This document shows, piece by piece, positions 39,990 through 56,044 of a stretch of 64,000 nt of DNA (position 1 is the stretch's first letter; every line of letters begins with the position of its first letter). The DNA comes from the human T2T-CHM13v2.0 reference genome, Homo sapiens: NCBI RefSeq assembly GCF_009914755.1, contig NC_060933.1; one strand, given 5' to 3'. The notes beneath the pieces are model-generated. The model was given only the letters and a program-made list of their open reading frames with translations. It was not told where the DNA came from and did not search any database. Both the position numbers and the translations under genes were made by a program.

Positions 39990-40175
39990 TCTGAGAGTGT
40001 GTGTGTGAGAATATGAGTGTGAGAGTGTGTGAGTGTGCATGTGTGTGTGAGAATGTATGTGTGTGTGTATGAGAATGTGTGTGTGTATTAGAATGTATGT
40101 GTGTGTGTGTATGAGAATGTGTGTGTGTATGAGAATGTATGTGTGAGTGTGTGTGCACACACACACACGTGTGTT
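39990..40175. repeat. Interrupted (TG)n array with a recurring GAGAATGT(A/G)TGTGTGTGTAT unit, followed by a CT-rich tract to ~40440
   Basis: Directly visible. Confidence 0.85.
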
Positions 40176-41235
40176 CTCTCTCTCTCTTTGGTCCATGCCT
40201 CTCTCCATTTCTCCTTCAGTCTCTTCTCCCTTTCAAAGCTATCTTTCTCCCAGCCCCATTCCGTATTACTCCTCTTTCTCTCTTTCTCCATCTTCCTCTT
40301 TTCTTCTCCATGATTCTGTCTCCTTATCTCTGTCTTCTCTCTCTCTCCTGTTTCCCTTTCTGCTTCCATCTCTTTCTCAAATTCTGTCTCTCTCTGTCTT
40401 TATCTCTCAGTTACTCTGTCTCTTTCTTTCCTTCTTTCCCATTACTGCTGATGCTGTGTGACTGGGCAACTTGGGCTTCAGGCAGGGACTAGTGACACTA
40501 GTCATAGGGCTATAAAGGTCTGATAGGGCTGGATCACAGGGACCTTTGTGGCTATGGGGTAGCGAGGCCTTGAGAGCAGCCCTCCAGGCTCTGCAGCCTT
40601 GGTTCCTTGGCTGCCCTCCTTGCCAGGCAATGCTGATTCTCCTCCAGAGGGCCAGGCTACATTTGCATGTGTGTGTGCATGTTGGGGGCTTATGTGTGTG
40701 AGGGGAGAGGCTACCAAGCTGGACCCTGCAGCTGGGAAAAAAAGAGCCAAGAGATGCAGCCGCTTCCAATGGATGTGTGCTCCACCCCATCCCCAGCCAT
40801 CTTGGAGCTGTGATTCCAGACCAAACTCCACTTAAGACAACAGCCCTTGGTCTACTCTATTAAAGATGGCAGGAGGGACTCAACAAAGACCAAAGTCAAG
40901 GATGGTACCAGACAGCCAGTTGGAGATAGATATGCAGTTATGGGCATCAGGCAATCAGGACCAACAGTACAGGAGGGGAAAGCCTTTGTACCATCCCGAC
41001 TGATGCACTTATTCACAGATGGAGCCAAGCCCAGAGAGGGAACTTGCTGAAGGTCACATAGTGAGTTATGGCAAACCCAGGGACAGAAGCCAGTGCTCCC
41101 AACTCTGTTTTGCACAGCTGGCAGAACCTGTCTCCCACCCCTCACCTCCCACTCCTCGGAAGGTGTGGCTTTCTCTCTCCCTAGCAGTTTCAGGCCCCTT
41201 CCTAAGGCTGCAGGCAGAGCCCTGGGGATGGCTGA

Positions 41236-41602
<367 letters not shown>

Positions 41603-41683
41603 ACACTCAACTTTAATTTCCCCAAGGGCCCCAGTGCTCAGATCTTATTACCTCCTTGTTGACCCCACAACCTATCCCTCTGC

Positions 41684-42092
41684 TGATACAGTTTGGATGT
41701 CACCTCCAAATCTCATTATAAGTCTCATGTAATCCCCAGCATTGGAGGTGGGGCTTCGTGGGAGGTGTTTGGGTCACAGGGGCATATCTTTCATGGCTCG
41801 GTGTGTCCTCACGATAGTGAGTGAGTTCCCACCAGTTCTGGTTGTTTATAAGTATGTGACACCTCACTCCCAACTCTCTCTCTTGCTCCTGCTTTCGCCA
41901 TGGCTTGTGCCTGCTCCCGCTTTGCCTTCTGCCAGAGTAAAAGCTTCCTGAGGTCTCCCTGGAAGCTGAGCAGATGCTGGCGTCATGATTCCTGTACAGC
42001 CTGCAGAACCGTGAGCCAATTAAACCTCTGTTCTTTATAGATGGCCCAGTCTTTGGCATTTCTTTATAGCAACGCAAGAAGGGCATAACACA
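41684..42092 (+). mobile_element. MST-family MaLR LTR
   Basis: TGATACAGTTTGGATGT..CCTGCAGAACCGTGAGCCAATTAAACCTCT..TTTATAGCAACGCAAGAA. Confidence 0.88.
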
Positions 42093-45000
42093 TATGCCGT
42101 GCCCCATTCCTCCAGGGCCCAACTTGTGTCATTGTCAGCAGGGAGCCAGGCAGCTACTCCAAGAACTCGCCCAAGATCATGTGCAAATCACTGTGTATGG
42201 GGTGATGATTGTGGGTGCTCATCTGTATGCTGCTTCCTGCATCCCCAGTGCCAGCGGGTGGTCAGCCCTTTAGATGTTCTGGTTGCTGGAGTGGAAAGGG
42301 CTGAAAGCCGGAGCTGTGTGATGTTAAGTCTTTTGTGTGCTCAGTGAGAAGATGGGGGTCCCAGAGGGGAAGAAGAGAGGCCGAGCACCTCTGAAGCAAG
42401 GAGAAGAGGAAAGGGGGCAGGTCCTTAGATTTGTGGGGAACAGGTAAAACCTCAGGGGAGGAGGGGATGCTCCATGGTGTTCCTAGGCAGGCTAGACCCA
42501 ACATATTTATGTTCCAGCTTCAGTAGAGCTTCCAATGTCCGAGGCATGTCACCAGGTCACTGGACATAAAGGGACATCTGGCCCAATGAGCACCTCAGGG
42601 GCCACAGATGGGGGCAGAAGGACAGAGAGACTTCTAAGAACGTGGTATACTGCATAAGACCCCAGGACTTTTGCATAACCAGGGTAGGGGCTGTAAGGGC
42701 GTCTCCATACTGACCAAGATGAATTTCCTACCAGCATGGTGATAAGTAAACTCAAAGTGGAATGTTTAGCTTATCCGAAGGAAGTAAAGGAAGGTCATAT
42801 TTCATGTACCCTGAGTTGTGGGCTGAGATTTAGCTCTCGGGCATGGTGAATATATGGATAAGACAACGAAAAAAAGAATGGAGAGTCCCTGTCTCCCCTG
42901 TAGCACATTAGAGTCTTTCCAGAGACCTTCACCTAAAGGAGCACCTCCTATACATGGGATTTCCAACAGAGGTAGGCCATGGGCTATTTTGAGGCCGAAA
43001 GGGCCTCTGAATCACCCAGATATGGCTATTCTGGTGCTCATTGGGTCCATCAGGATGAAAACGGTAAGGACTGAGTCCAGGGACAAGCCCACCTTCTCTG
43101 CTTTCTTGGATTCTGAGTTCCCTGGGGGGCCATTACACCCCAAGGGGACATATTTACTGCCTCCTTTCTCCTGGCCCATGGGAGTGGATGCTGATAGAGA
43201 GAGGCTGAGGCATTGGTGCCAGCTGCTGCAGCATCCCGGCCCACACCTGGTGACGCGGGCTGTGGGGAGCTGCTCAGGGCTAGGTGAGGGCCAAGTGAGT
43301 ATCTGGCCAAAAAAGTCAGGAGGTGAGCTGGGCTCTGGGAGCCTTGGGCCATGGACTGCTGCCCATCATAGCTGGAGGAGCGGTCAGCTGGCCACACGGG
43401 GCTCCTCCACACGTAATCCCTGCCGGGAATGAACGCCCCCTTGTGCAAGATCCTTGTCTGCCTTGAAATAGGTCACAGAGTTGAAGGATCACAGAAATCC
43501 TAGCCTCAGAAGCATGGAATCATAGAAGCTGAAAATCAGCACCAGGCAGGATTCCAGGTTTTCTGAGCTTCTGAGCTCTGGCATCAAAAGGCATTAGAAG
43601 TCTAGCACTTTTGGCATAAAATTTTATGGCTCAAGTGATCTAGGAACCACAGACGCCATAGAACCTTGTACTTGGATGACCCTTGAAGATTCTCAAGTCA
43701 GATCGACACCCCGATGCAACATTCCCTTTTAGAAATTTCCAGAAGGTAGAGCAAGGAGGTTATAGCAAGGAAGGACAGGACACAGGAGGTTTCTGTGTGG
43801 GATGATTTTAGGAGTTCTGGGTCAAGATTCCTGACCCCGAATGTCTTTGTCAGCGGCTATCACTGAAATTCCTCCGTCGGCTGTTCTTCCTTTGGATCTT
43901 GCAAATCCATTAATCTCCAAGGATCTGCTGGGCCATAAACCCCTCCCTGGGTCAGCAGTGCTCTCAGGGCCTCTTCTGCGTGGCCTTGATGAGCAGAGCA
44001 ACTCAAGATCCAGATGGCAATGCCAGGCCTCTTCCCAGCCCCCATCCTGGGGGCCCTCTCCCTGCCCCCAGCACCATCTCCCACCCCCCAGGGCCATCTC
44101 AGGGTCCTCCCTTCCTTTGCCTTGACCACCCAGCTCTGGGCAGGAAACCAGCCGCCTGGGAGAGGCTATTCCAACAGTTCTGAGGCTGGCCGTGGTGGTA
44201 CAGTGTGGTCCTACCTCTAATCCCACCACCGCCTGGGGGCAGGCGGCATGGGCAGCAGCCTATAATTTGGGGGTGAGAGATGGGACACCCAGGTCAGCTT
44301 TGACCACAGAGTCCCCAGAGGAAGGGAGGGGTCCAGGGTCTTGGAGAATCAAAGCCTTCCTCTCAACTCCCTTGGTAATCATGAAGATGAAAATATTTAT
44401 GGACAATTTTCCTCACTCTGGGGACAGGCTGAGCATAGAACACGGCTTTTTTTCCCCCTGGCTATGGCTGATCTCTCAGGATGGCAGGAGCTGGGACAAA
44501 CACAGGTTGTTTACCAGGTCTACAGAAGCCCCAGAGAGACACGGCCACATACAGTTTCCCCTTTTTTAACAGGGACGTGAGCCTCTGGAAAGATGCCCAG
44601 AGGAACAAGGGTGAGTTTCTATCCAATGTTAGCTTAATTCTTGATGGGATTGAAGGGATTTTTTTTTTCTCCCTGAGAGATGGGGCGAGTGTGTTTTGGT
44701 GAATAACATGTTTCCCATAATTTGTCTTTTGAAAACACAAGGAAATTTGCGTATGTGGCTGAAACAGCCTGGACAGAGAGCCTTCTGGAGAGGCTGGTCC
44801 TTCATTTCCTCACCGTGTCAAGCTGCTCGAACTCAATAAACACTTGTTGACTGAATGAATGGGTCATAGAAATGGTAAGCTGGAGCTGGAAGGAAGGCCC
44901 CGTGGAGATTCTCTGGGCCAAACTACTCAGGTTTCAGGCAGGGAAACTGAGGCCCAAAGAGGAGAAAGGGACGGAGACTGCGTACAAGTACAGATGTATA

Positions 45001-45944
45001 CAATTATAGATTACACCTTAGAATGAAGATAAGGGCAATAATGATAGTAATAAAAGTCTTTTTCTGAGTATTGGGTGTTTTCCAATTTACCAAAAGCTTT
45101 TTCACTGGCCAGACTTCCAGTAAGACTGTGGAGGAGGCAAGAGAAAGATTAGAATTATCTGCCTTATGGACCAGGAGAGAGAAGCTCAAAGATGTCAAGC
45201 AATCTGTCCGCTCAGCCAGAAAGGGGTGATGTGAGGTTCAGCAAACAAACCAGGCTGTTTTCCATCACTCCACAGACAGACACCCATCCTGTGAAATTCA
45301 CTCCCCACCCTGAAAGGAGGGACCTACCTAAGCCTGAGTTTAAATCCCAGCTCTAACACATATGAGCTGTTGAAAGAGCTCACTGCACCCATTTAAGCCT
45401 CAGTTTTCCTAGCTGCCATATGGGGCTTGTACTCCGCATCTATCTCCATGGCCTCATGAACTGGCATGAGAATAGCATTCGAGAATGGATATGAACCCTC
45501 CTTGGAAATTGTCAAGCAGGGGTCGGGGGTCCTGATGCTAGAATGATGATGTGTTAGTGGATCCCTCTGTCCATCCAAGGGAGACAGTGTTTCAATTCCA
45601 GCTCTTGAGATAAAAATAGCTTTAAGGGAGGATGGGGGGAGCTCCCTAGGATATCTGGGCAGGGTAAAAATAATCCTCAAGAACAGCTGGCTCCTTTCCT
45701 CCACTTTGGTATTCACCCGCAGTCTTCTGATCTCTTATTTGGTTTCCCAAGTCGACCTACCATCCCAGGCAAACAATCCTCCTTGTTCTGGGGACAGGCA
45801 GTGGCAAATATATTCCAAGCTCCGGGAGTAGAGGCTTTGGAAGCAAGAAATATGGGTCCCATCCCAGTTCTGTTTACAACTCACTGTGTGGCTCTAGGCA
45901 AGTCATTCTGAGTCCTTTTCCCACAGGCCTCGTCTTCCTCAGTG

Positions 45945-46145
45945 CAGGGCTGGCCAGTAGAACTTTCTGCGAGGATGGAAAGGTTCTATATCTGTACTGT
46001 ATGCACGGTAGCTACCAGGACTATTGAGTACTTATAATGTGGCTAGTGCAACTAGGAAACTTAATTTCTATTACTTTTTAATTTTCAGGAATTGAAATTT
46101 AAGTAGCTACATGAGACTAGTGGCTACTATATTGAACAATGCAAG
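45945..46145. mobile_element. MER3-like DNA transposon
   Basis: TAGAACTTTCTGCGAGGATGGAAAGGTTCTATATCTG..CTAGTGGCTACTATATTGAACA. Confidence 0.75.
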
Positions 46146-47644
46146 TCCTTAATATAAGGATGAGAAAAACACCTGCCCCCTCGTCCTGGGATGAGAAGGA
46201 CCCCTAATGTGTGCATAGAGCTTGGCAGATGAGAGATGCTCACTGCTTCTTCACTTCCTTCTCCTCTCCTGACTCCTCCAAATGAGATGAGTGTCTTTGA
46301 GTGGAAGAATTTCCCTTTAGAGACATTCAACTCCCCTGTGGACACTGGCTGGAGAAGTGGATGAGTGGTAGGGGGAGAGACCCTGGGAGCTTCTGTGATG
46401 GACAGGCTCGGAGAGCAGAGGACAAGGCCAGCTCAGAGAAGGACAAAAATGACTGCATCTGCCAAATCCCACCTCTATTTTTGGTGTTTACAGGCACTAG
46501 TGCTGGAAAGGGGCCCATCTTCGAAATTCCTTTTCTTTGCATAGAGTGGTTAAGATCATGGGCTCTAGAATCAGATGGTTCTAGGTTAGTGTTTCAGTTC
46601 CATTAGTTACCAGCTGTGAGACCTTGGGCAGGTTGCCAGCTTCTCTGCTACTCATCTGTAAAAGAAGCAGAATAATGTCTACATCTGAGGATTTTGTGAG
46701 TAATCAATGAGCTAATATGTGCAAAGCTCTTTACAGGAGACCCGGCAGATATCAAGTGCTTAAAAAACAGATGCCACGGCCAATCTTATGTAAACAGAGC
46801 CTCTTAACGTCCACGCCCATGCAGACCAGAGTCCAGTGAGATGTCTGCAAAGCCCATGATTCCACATCTCCAGACAATCTCTTTTTTGGTGGTCTTCAGA
46901 GTGAGGCAGTGACCACACACAGAAACAAGTCCTGGTATCCTCAGACGGCAGCTGACCCATCAAATTTGACACTTGGAAGCCATCCTGAAGTTTCTAGTGC
47001 TTGGATCTCCTTTCCATTGCCCTTGCCAAATGGAAATCTCCTAGGACTCATCCAGAGGCAGGAGCTCTGAGGCCTGGGGGCTCAGGGATGGCTGCCTCTC
47101 TGCGACTTCTCACCCCTGGTCCTGGTGGAGTCTCCACTTTCCAGACTCATTTTCCCTTCATTGTTTCCCCAGGCTGGAGGCGTCTGCAGATCAGCCCTGG
47201 TCAAAATGCCCAGCACAGGAGCTGGCTTCCATAGGTCAGGGGCAGAGTAATCTTTGCTGAACTGGAAGAGCTAAAACTCAAAAACTAACACCTGTCCCTG
47301 GTTAATAGCCAAGGATGACTTTCATCAGTGTGTCTTATTTTGTGGGCAAAGAAACTGGGTGATTGGTTCATCCATCTGCTCATCCACTTCCTCACTGGAC
47401 AATAGTTACTAAGCACCTACTGTGTGCCAAGTCCTAGGAACACAAAAATGGATTCCTGTCCTTAAACTTCACAAGTTGGTGGGGGAGACAGCTATACTGA
47501 AATTAATTGTAACAGTGTGATATGGGCTATTAGGTCAGGACTAGGATGAGAAGAGGTGAATAAGACACTTACCTCAGGGTCAAATTCAGTGTGGTGCCAA
47601 AATCCAAAATCTCAGTAAACAAGATAAATAATATTTTAATACCG

Positions 47645-48328
<684 letters not shown>

Positions 48329-48695
48329 TAAGAAAGGTTCCCCAGAGGAGATACTTTCTGACTCTTGCAGAATAAAAATCTAGAAAAGGAGAGAAAAAAC
48401 ATCCCCCCTACCCTAGCCAAAGAAGGAAATTAATATGCAAAGCACCAGAGGAATGGGAAAACCTGTATTTTATTTAAGAAACTGCAAGGAGCTGAGTGTA
48501 GCTGGAATGTGTGATGCTGTGGAAGAAGGAAGTTTTGAGGAGGCCACGGCACCAAATCATGACCCCAAATTGAGCAAGATCTGGGTCTATGCTCAAGGGA
48601 TTCGACTGTAGATCCAGTGGAGAAGGAGGGAGGGAGCTGCTTCTGAATTGTCCACAGTACTGGCCTAGGTAAGAGATGGAAGTGTGAGCTAATAA

Positions 48696-48982
<287 letters not shown>

Positions 48983-49395
48983 GTGCTAATAAATGCTTAA
49001 TACCAGGGTCTCTGGGGGGAAAAGAGCCCTAATTAATAGCATTTGCTAATTTCTGAGGTGTAAATACTCCCATCACAGCCTGTTTGAAGCTACCTTGGTG
49101 AGGTCACTAAACACCAAGTTGAGAAGAGGTGCTTGGTAGCGTGTCATTATATTGAATTTCCACCCCCACACTTACAGTAGATGTAAATAACTTCAAGCCT
49201 ATAGAAAACAGTAAAATATAGTAAAATAACTTGAAAGAGATGAGTTTGGGGTATGTATCACTTTTACTTTTAATATAACTGACCTAATTGTAAGTTTACA
49301 CAATTAAAGTTTTAATAATGGCTTGTTTAACAGCAGCTCACACGATTCTTGAAAATTTAGCCGTCTGTCCTCTTGAGCTTATTCCAGGTTTCTCC
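48983..49395 (-). mobile_element. MER63-like hAT element (long), opposite orientation to the copy at 48088
   Basis: TAGCATTTGCTAATTTCTGAGGTGTAAATACTCCCATC is a near reverse complement of the 48181-48220 segment. Confidence 0.65.
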
Positions 49396-50522
49396 CCCTG
49401 GGAGAAGGGATTTTGGTCCATTTCTATGGAAGTGCTGGGGGCTCTCAGATGTCCTGGGCTTCATTTTACTAACCCGAGGGACTAGAGCAGGTTTACCATG
49501 AAGTCCTAAGGATCCCACACATCCAAGACTCTGGGTGGCTTCCTGGGATAAGGCAGCAGTCCCCAGGACACCAAAGTTAAGAGCAAATGCTTCTCAGAGA
49601 GATTTTCATCCAGGAAAAAGAACAGTGTGATGCCAGCTTTGGCATAATATTTCATGTCCTCATCAGCTGTTCACTTCAAGAATGCTGTTTTATTCGGAAG
49701 CCACTGGCACCTAAACCATCTGAGAAAACAATAATAACGATAGTAGTAATAAATACAACCTATATTTATTTGACTTTTTCCATGCACTAGACACTGTTCT
49801 AACTGCTTCATATATAATAGCTTACTTAATCGTCAAATCCTAGGCACAAGGTAGATATTATTATTAAGATACCAATGTAAAAGATGAGGATGCTATTATT
49901 ATCATCACAATTCAAAAGGTGGAGAAACTTGGGTACAAAGAGTTAAACAGCACACCCAAGACCATAGAGCCAGAGATGGAAACTGGGATTTGCACCAGGT
50001 AGCCTGCTATTAGCTACTATCCACATGGACCACAAGGGCGGCAAGAGAGAAGGAAAGTGCTTTTGCAGTCCAAGGCAACCAGAGGAGACCCCATTAGCTT
50101 GAGGGGCATATTGTGCCAAGATCAGCTGGATTTGACCTGATAGCTCACCTCCCAGGGACTGGTGAAGTTGGGAGAAATGAATAGTTACCATGGACGTGCA
50201 TGTCAGTTCCCCCAATTTTGTAGGTGAGGCAAAGGCTCAGAGAGGTAAAGGGAGTCTGTTTCTCAAGGTCCTATGGCTACTATAAGGTGGTGCTGTGTGT
50301 CAACTTGGCCGCACCCTGCAACCAGCCTCAGGCAATGGGCTTCATATGAAATCATAACCCCTCCTAGATATCTGGATAGGTGAGACCCCAAATAGGAATC
50401 TGGTTGCAGAAATACCCCTCAATGATACATTAGCCAATCTAAGAGGGAGAGGAGTGGTATTGCCCACCTCTGATTACCTATTAGAGCATTTGTTGTCATC
50501 TCTCTTTCTAAAAATTTTTTAA

Positions 50523-50815
<293 letters not shown>

Positions 50816-50849
50816 TGTCATCTCCCATTTGCTTGTGTAAACGCCTGAG

Positions 50850-51500
50850 GCTGTGGTAGGATCCTGCCCTAAGGATAGCAATTAGGGCTTGGCTGCAAGG
50901 AAGGCCCACAGGACTCAAAATGACAATGTGTACACACCTACAGTTCTTTCAGGAAAAGGGTACAACATTGCAACTGCATTAACGTAAGAATCTGCTTCAC
51001 AGCTAAAGACCACCTCATAGCAAGGGGTCTGGAGAGGCCAGGCGTGAGCCCGCATTGTCCTCCCCTTGAAAGGCCATACCAATATGCACTTCCTCTCTCA
51101 GATCAGAAGCACAGACGTGAGTATGGAATACCTAGAACCCAGGAGCCCCACATGGGAGTCTCACCTGAAGTTTTTCATTCCTGTTTGGTCATTTGAGGTA
51201 TATTCTTGCTACGAAACCAGCGCCAGTGGCAGTTCCCTCCAGGGGTCTCACGAAGGCCAGGTACAAATTGTTAGTCCCTTGTTATTAGAAAACAATGCTG
51301 ACAAGTTGGCACGAACCACCCTGAAACTCCTCTAAGCAACACTATTTATCTGTATGTTTCATGCCTTAACAAGGTCATGCAGTCACAGACCCTTAAGCCA
51401 CATATTCAATAAGCATTAATCCAGATAGGCGAAAAGGATAGATGATACTTAATAAGGACTCCACTCGGGGACAAAACTTTACTGCACCAGAGAAGGCACA
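50850..51500 (-). mobile_element. Old ERV LTR (MER21/MER77-like, uncertain)
   Basis: CACAGGACTCA..AAAAGGGTACAA..GGAGAGGCCAGGCGTGAGC pattern, recognised by eye only. Confidence 0.4.
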
Positions 51501-51509
51501 TGAGAAAAT

Positions 51510-51690
51510 CTTAGGAGTTTCTAATGGTCATCAGCTCAGTGTGAATGTTGTGGTGTGGTCGTCAAAAAAGCTAACATGCACTCAGGTTGCATTAACAGGA
51601 GCATAGATTATATATGGGAGGAGGTGATAGTCTTGCTCAACTCTGTGCTAGCCAGATGCCACCCAAACCCTCGAGCTTTGCTGTGGTCAC
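51510..51690 (+). mobile_element. L3/CR1 LINE fragment
   Basis: AAAAAAGCTAACATGCACTCAGGTTGCATTAACAGGAGCATAG..GGAGGTGATAGTC resembles the CR1 ORF2 3' region. Confidence 0.7.
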
Positions 51691-52372
51691 TTGGCAGTAG
51701 TTGGGTACTGACTGCAATGCGCTTGGAGGAGACAATGATGGAAGATATGAAAGGGGTACCAGATGAGGAGTGATTAGCGGAAGTGAGAATGCTGGGACTG
51801 GAAAAAGGAGGGCTTGTGGGGAAGGCAAGGGTGTTACTTTCAGAGAGTGACTGGAGCCACACAGTCAGGCTTCAGCTGATTCCAGAGTTGCATTTCTCGA
51901 TAGTCACTGTAAAAGGAGCTCTAGCATGATAACAGTTGGAGATGCATCTGAAAAGCTCTTTGCAGAAATGGCTTCTTGGATGGGAGGCATAGTGGGGTGT
52001 GTGTGTGTGGCTCCTCTGTCCTCATTTTGTGACAAGGGGAAGCATCCAACTTTTCCTGGAACTACCCGCAAGCAGTAGTGTATCACATTGCGTGGTCTGG
52101 GCATGGGGTAATGAGGCAGCCAAGATCTTGGAGTGCAGATTGCAGCTAGAGGAGGGAGAATGATGTCTCTCTAACACAGTTGACTCTCCAATGTGGCTGA
52201 CAGCAGATTTGCCACATAAGAGTTGACTGACCACATCATGGAACCAACCAGGCACTGGACTGGGTGAATTTTCAACTCTGAAATTCACTTAGTGGTTCCG
52301 TCACCGGCTGTCGCTGACTGGCTACTCCTTGCATTGTGAAGGGAATTCATCCCCTGCTTATGCGCGTGCGTG

Positions 52373-52434
52373 CACACACACACTCCCATACACACACACA
52401 CGCACAAACACACACACACACACACACACACACA
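52373..52434. repeat. (CA)n microsatellite
   Basis: Directly visible. Confidence 0.9.
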
Positions 52435-52887
52435 GGAGTCTTGGTATAGTGTAATGAACACTGGACTTAGGGCCACAGTTCTAGTCCCAGTTTTGTCACC
52501 TTGCTGCTGGCTGAACTTGGGCAAGACCCTTTGTTTTGGATTTGGTTTATTCATCTCTAAATCAGAGATGCAGATATCTGTCTTGTCAACCTGATAGGGT
52601 TGTTGCATGGCAACCCAAAATGCTAAATGTGACATTGTTTCGGCCATGAATGGAGGAAGGGATTATTATTTTATTATCACTGTCATTGCGATCCCCTGGT
52701 CTGTTTGGTACAGACCAAAGTTTTTGTTCCATTGATATATAAGCTAGGATGCTTTCAGCTGCCAGTGGGGAAAAGCTCAACTAAAAGTGGCATCAACAAT
52801 GAGGGACACTTGTTTTGAAAAAGGTCAGTCCAACAGTGCCTAATTCAGCATCTCAATAATGTTTTTAAGAATCCCATTCTTTCTTTC

Positions 52888-53196
52888 CTTTTTTTTTTTT
52901 TTTTTTTTTTTTTAAGATGGAGTCTCGCTCTGTTGCCCAGGCTGGAATACAGTGGTGCAATCTCATCTCACTGCAACCTCTACCTCCTGAGTTCAGGCGA
53001 TTCTCCTGCCTTGGCCTCTCAGGCAGCTGGGATTACAGGCGTGCACCACCACGCCCAGCTAATTTTTGTATTTTTGGTAGAGACGGAGTTTCACCATGTT
53101 GGCCAGGCTGGTATCGAACTTTTGACCTCAAGTGTTCCCCCCACCTCAGCCTCCCAAAGTGCTGGGATTACAGGCGTGAGCCACTGCACCCAGCCA
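52888..53196 (-). mobile_element. Alu (S-type) inside an old MLT1-like LTR (~52730-53530)
   Basis: Full antisense Alu; TSD ATCCCATTCTTTCT. Confidence 0.94.
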
Positions 53197-55885
53197 GGAT
53201 CCCATTCTTTCTGCCTTTCCTCTTGGCCACCCTCAGTCTGTTGGCCATGGACCTAGGGCTTGTCACCTCATAGTGGCAAGATGACTGCAGCCTCTCCACA
53301 CAGTACAATCTCATCCCCCAAAGTCCAAAGGGCAGAAAGGGACATGTCGCTGGTCTGTGTCCACTTGTAAAGGTGGGGAAAACTTTCTCAGAAGGCCTCA
53401 GCATATGCAATTCTTCTCATATCTCAGTGGCCCGACTGTGTCTAGTGTCCATGACCAAGCCACTCACTGGCCAGAGGAAGGAGGCCACCATGCTAGGCTT
53501 TGTTCAAATAGGGTTCAACCCTTGGGGTTTGGGAGGGACACGGTCTCCACTGAAGGACAAAGAGGTTGGATGAAGATGAAACTCTGTTAGCAAGGACACA
53601 ACAACAGTGTCCGCCCCTGTTGCAGGGATGTCCTTGGATGATGGTCAACCCACCCCCAGCTCTGCCTCTCTTCCCTCCCTCCTTCCTTCCCTGATTCTTC
53701 CCTCCCTTCTTTCCTTTGTCCATCTAAGATTTACTGAGGGGTTCTATGGACATAAGACATAGCCGTAGCCTTGCAGGGCTCCCTGTTGTATAGGTGTGTG
53801 GTGTACCAGGCAGGATGGGGGCTGGCATGGCAGAGCGGAGGGAACACCGAGACAGGACTCCAGTGAAGAAGAGCAGGAAGGGCATTTCTAGGCGGAGGTG
53901 GCCACAGGAGCCAAGGCCTGAAATCATCAGTTGCTTTCATCCCCACCCTGGGCTGCTGGGGGTGGCCCAGAACTCATCACTAATGGCTTGTCTGGTATAG
54001 CCAATGGTTCCGGACACATTACCGGGCAGAGGCCAGAGACCTTAACTTGCCACAGTGCTCACATCTGGAAAATGGATCTAATTCTTCCAAGGATGACTAA
54101 CTGTGCTGAAGGCTGGAGAGACAGGTTTGACCCTCTGCGGTTAGACACAAAGGTGGGGGGCCCTGCTTCTTCACACCAGCCCCACCATTAACTTTGTGTG
54201 GCTTTGAGAAAATCATGAATGCTATCTCTGAGACTCAGTTTCCCCACCTGTAAAATGAGGAATTTGGGCTAGGCAGCTCCATAGGTTCCTCCAGGTCTGA
54301 AAAGTCTCACGGGGCCCCACATCTGGGTCAGTGTTGGCCACCATAAGTGGGCTTTGGATCTCACAGCCCTTTGCCACTTGGCCTAGCCCTTGGGAAATAA
54401 ACCCAGAGAGGGGAAGAGGCAGAAGGGCCCAGATGGTGGGACCATGTGCCTAGAAGGTGCTGCCCTCCCAATGGTGGCCTGGGAGCTTCTTTGACCTCTG
54501 CCCTTATTCCTTCTGGTAGAGTGATTGTGTTTGGAATTTTGGCAGCCACCAGGCCAGAGTGACGTAGTCCTGCAGGCAGAACCCAGGCCCTAGGAGACCA
54601 GTGGGCCATGAGGACAGCCAGCACTGACTCCAGCCACCTGCCCTGGGGAGAGAAATGGGCCCACATTGCCTGGAGGGGGTGAGAGAGACACTATTAGAAT
54701 CTGCCTCACTCCAGCCTGGAATTCAGTTCATTTTACCAAAATGCTTTGTCCTGGGTGTTAGGAATACCGCCATGAGCAGGGCAGAGCAGCTCCTGCCCTC
54801 AGGGAATGTAAGGTCTACATTTAACCAAGGAATTACAGGAATGAAAAGTCAGTGGGGACCCATTCTTGCCTTCCCATGGTTCTTCTGCTGAACGTGACTC
54901 ACTCGCTCATTTCTTTCCCCCCATTCTTTCTGTCCTGCTTAAACATCACCTCCTCAGAGAAGGTGATATTTAAATAAAATAGCCCCTATTTAAATAAAAT
55001 GGCCCCACTCATCATTCTGCCACTCCACGCCCTGCTTAGAGGTCTTCATAGCACTCATTACAACCTGATGTCATATAACAGATTTGTGTATTTCCTCTTC
55101 CTCTGTTAAGACAGATGCTTTGTGTGTATGCTCTTCAGTATATCTACAGCACCTAAAATCGGGTCTTCCATATGCTTTGGGTCTGCACGTGCCTAACAAA
55201 TATCTGTTGGTGGGTGAGGGTCATCATGGAGGAGAGGGAGGAGGTGGCAGCGGGGGTTAACCTGGTCTAATCTGCTGAATTTACTTTCTTTCATGTTTTC
55301 ATTCAGGCCTTCATTCCGTCATTCGCTCAGCACTTGTGGAGAACTTCCTATGTGCCAGGCACTGTGCTTTGTGTTGTTGTCAGAAGCTAAACAAGGCAGC
55401 CGCGTCCAGCAGGGACCACAGCTTGTATTTGCCAGTGGCCAGCTCAGGGCCTGATGCGTGACAGCATCTCCCTACCAGGGAAAGAATGACTCCATGGTTA
55501 GACATGTATTGTGTGCGTATCCTTTGCTACACGCAGGGTGGGGCCGCCAAATGAAAGAAAGACCCAGCCTGGTATGCCCACAGCAGTGCAGGGTATTGGA
55601 AAGACTGGCAGACTCTAGCTCTTCTCCTAGTGGGAGGAATCTGGTTCTCCTCCAAGCCCTGCAGTACCACTTAAACAGGCTTGATTTGAGGCAGGACTTC
55701 CTGACCTGCATTTTTTATCTGTCTTTCTCTTTGCTGGCCTCCTTCCTCAGACCATAGCGCTTCTAGAGCAGAAAACCCAGCCTGGTGCACAGTGGGTCTT
55801 CAGAAGCAGCTTGGTGGGTAAACGGACGTGGATTGATACTTGGGGCAGTATGCAACCTCTGTCCTGCAGGTTAAGACTTCCTCTA

Positions 55886-56044
<159 letters not shown>

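Noticed and set aside
42854-43432. 192-aa ATG-initiated ORF
   Set aside because: No recognisable domain, promoter or splice context; surrounding sequence looks like degraded LTR/ERV-type repeat, which I could not name
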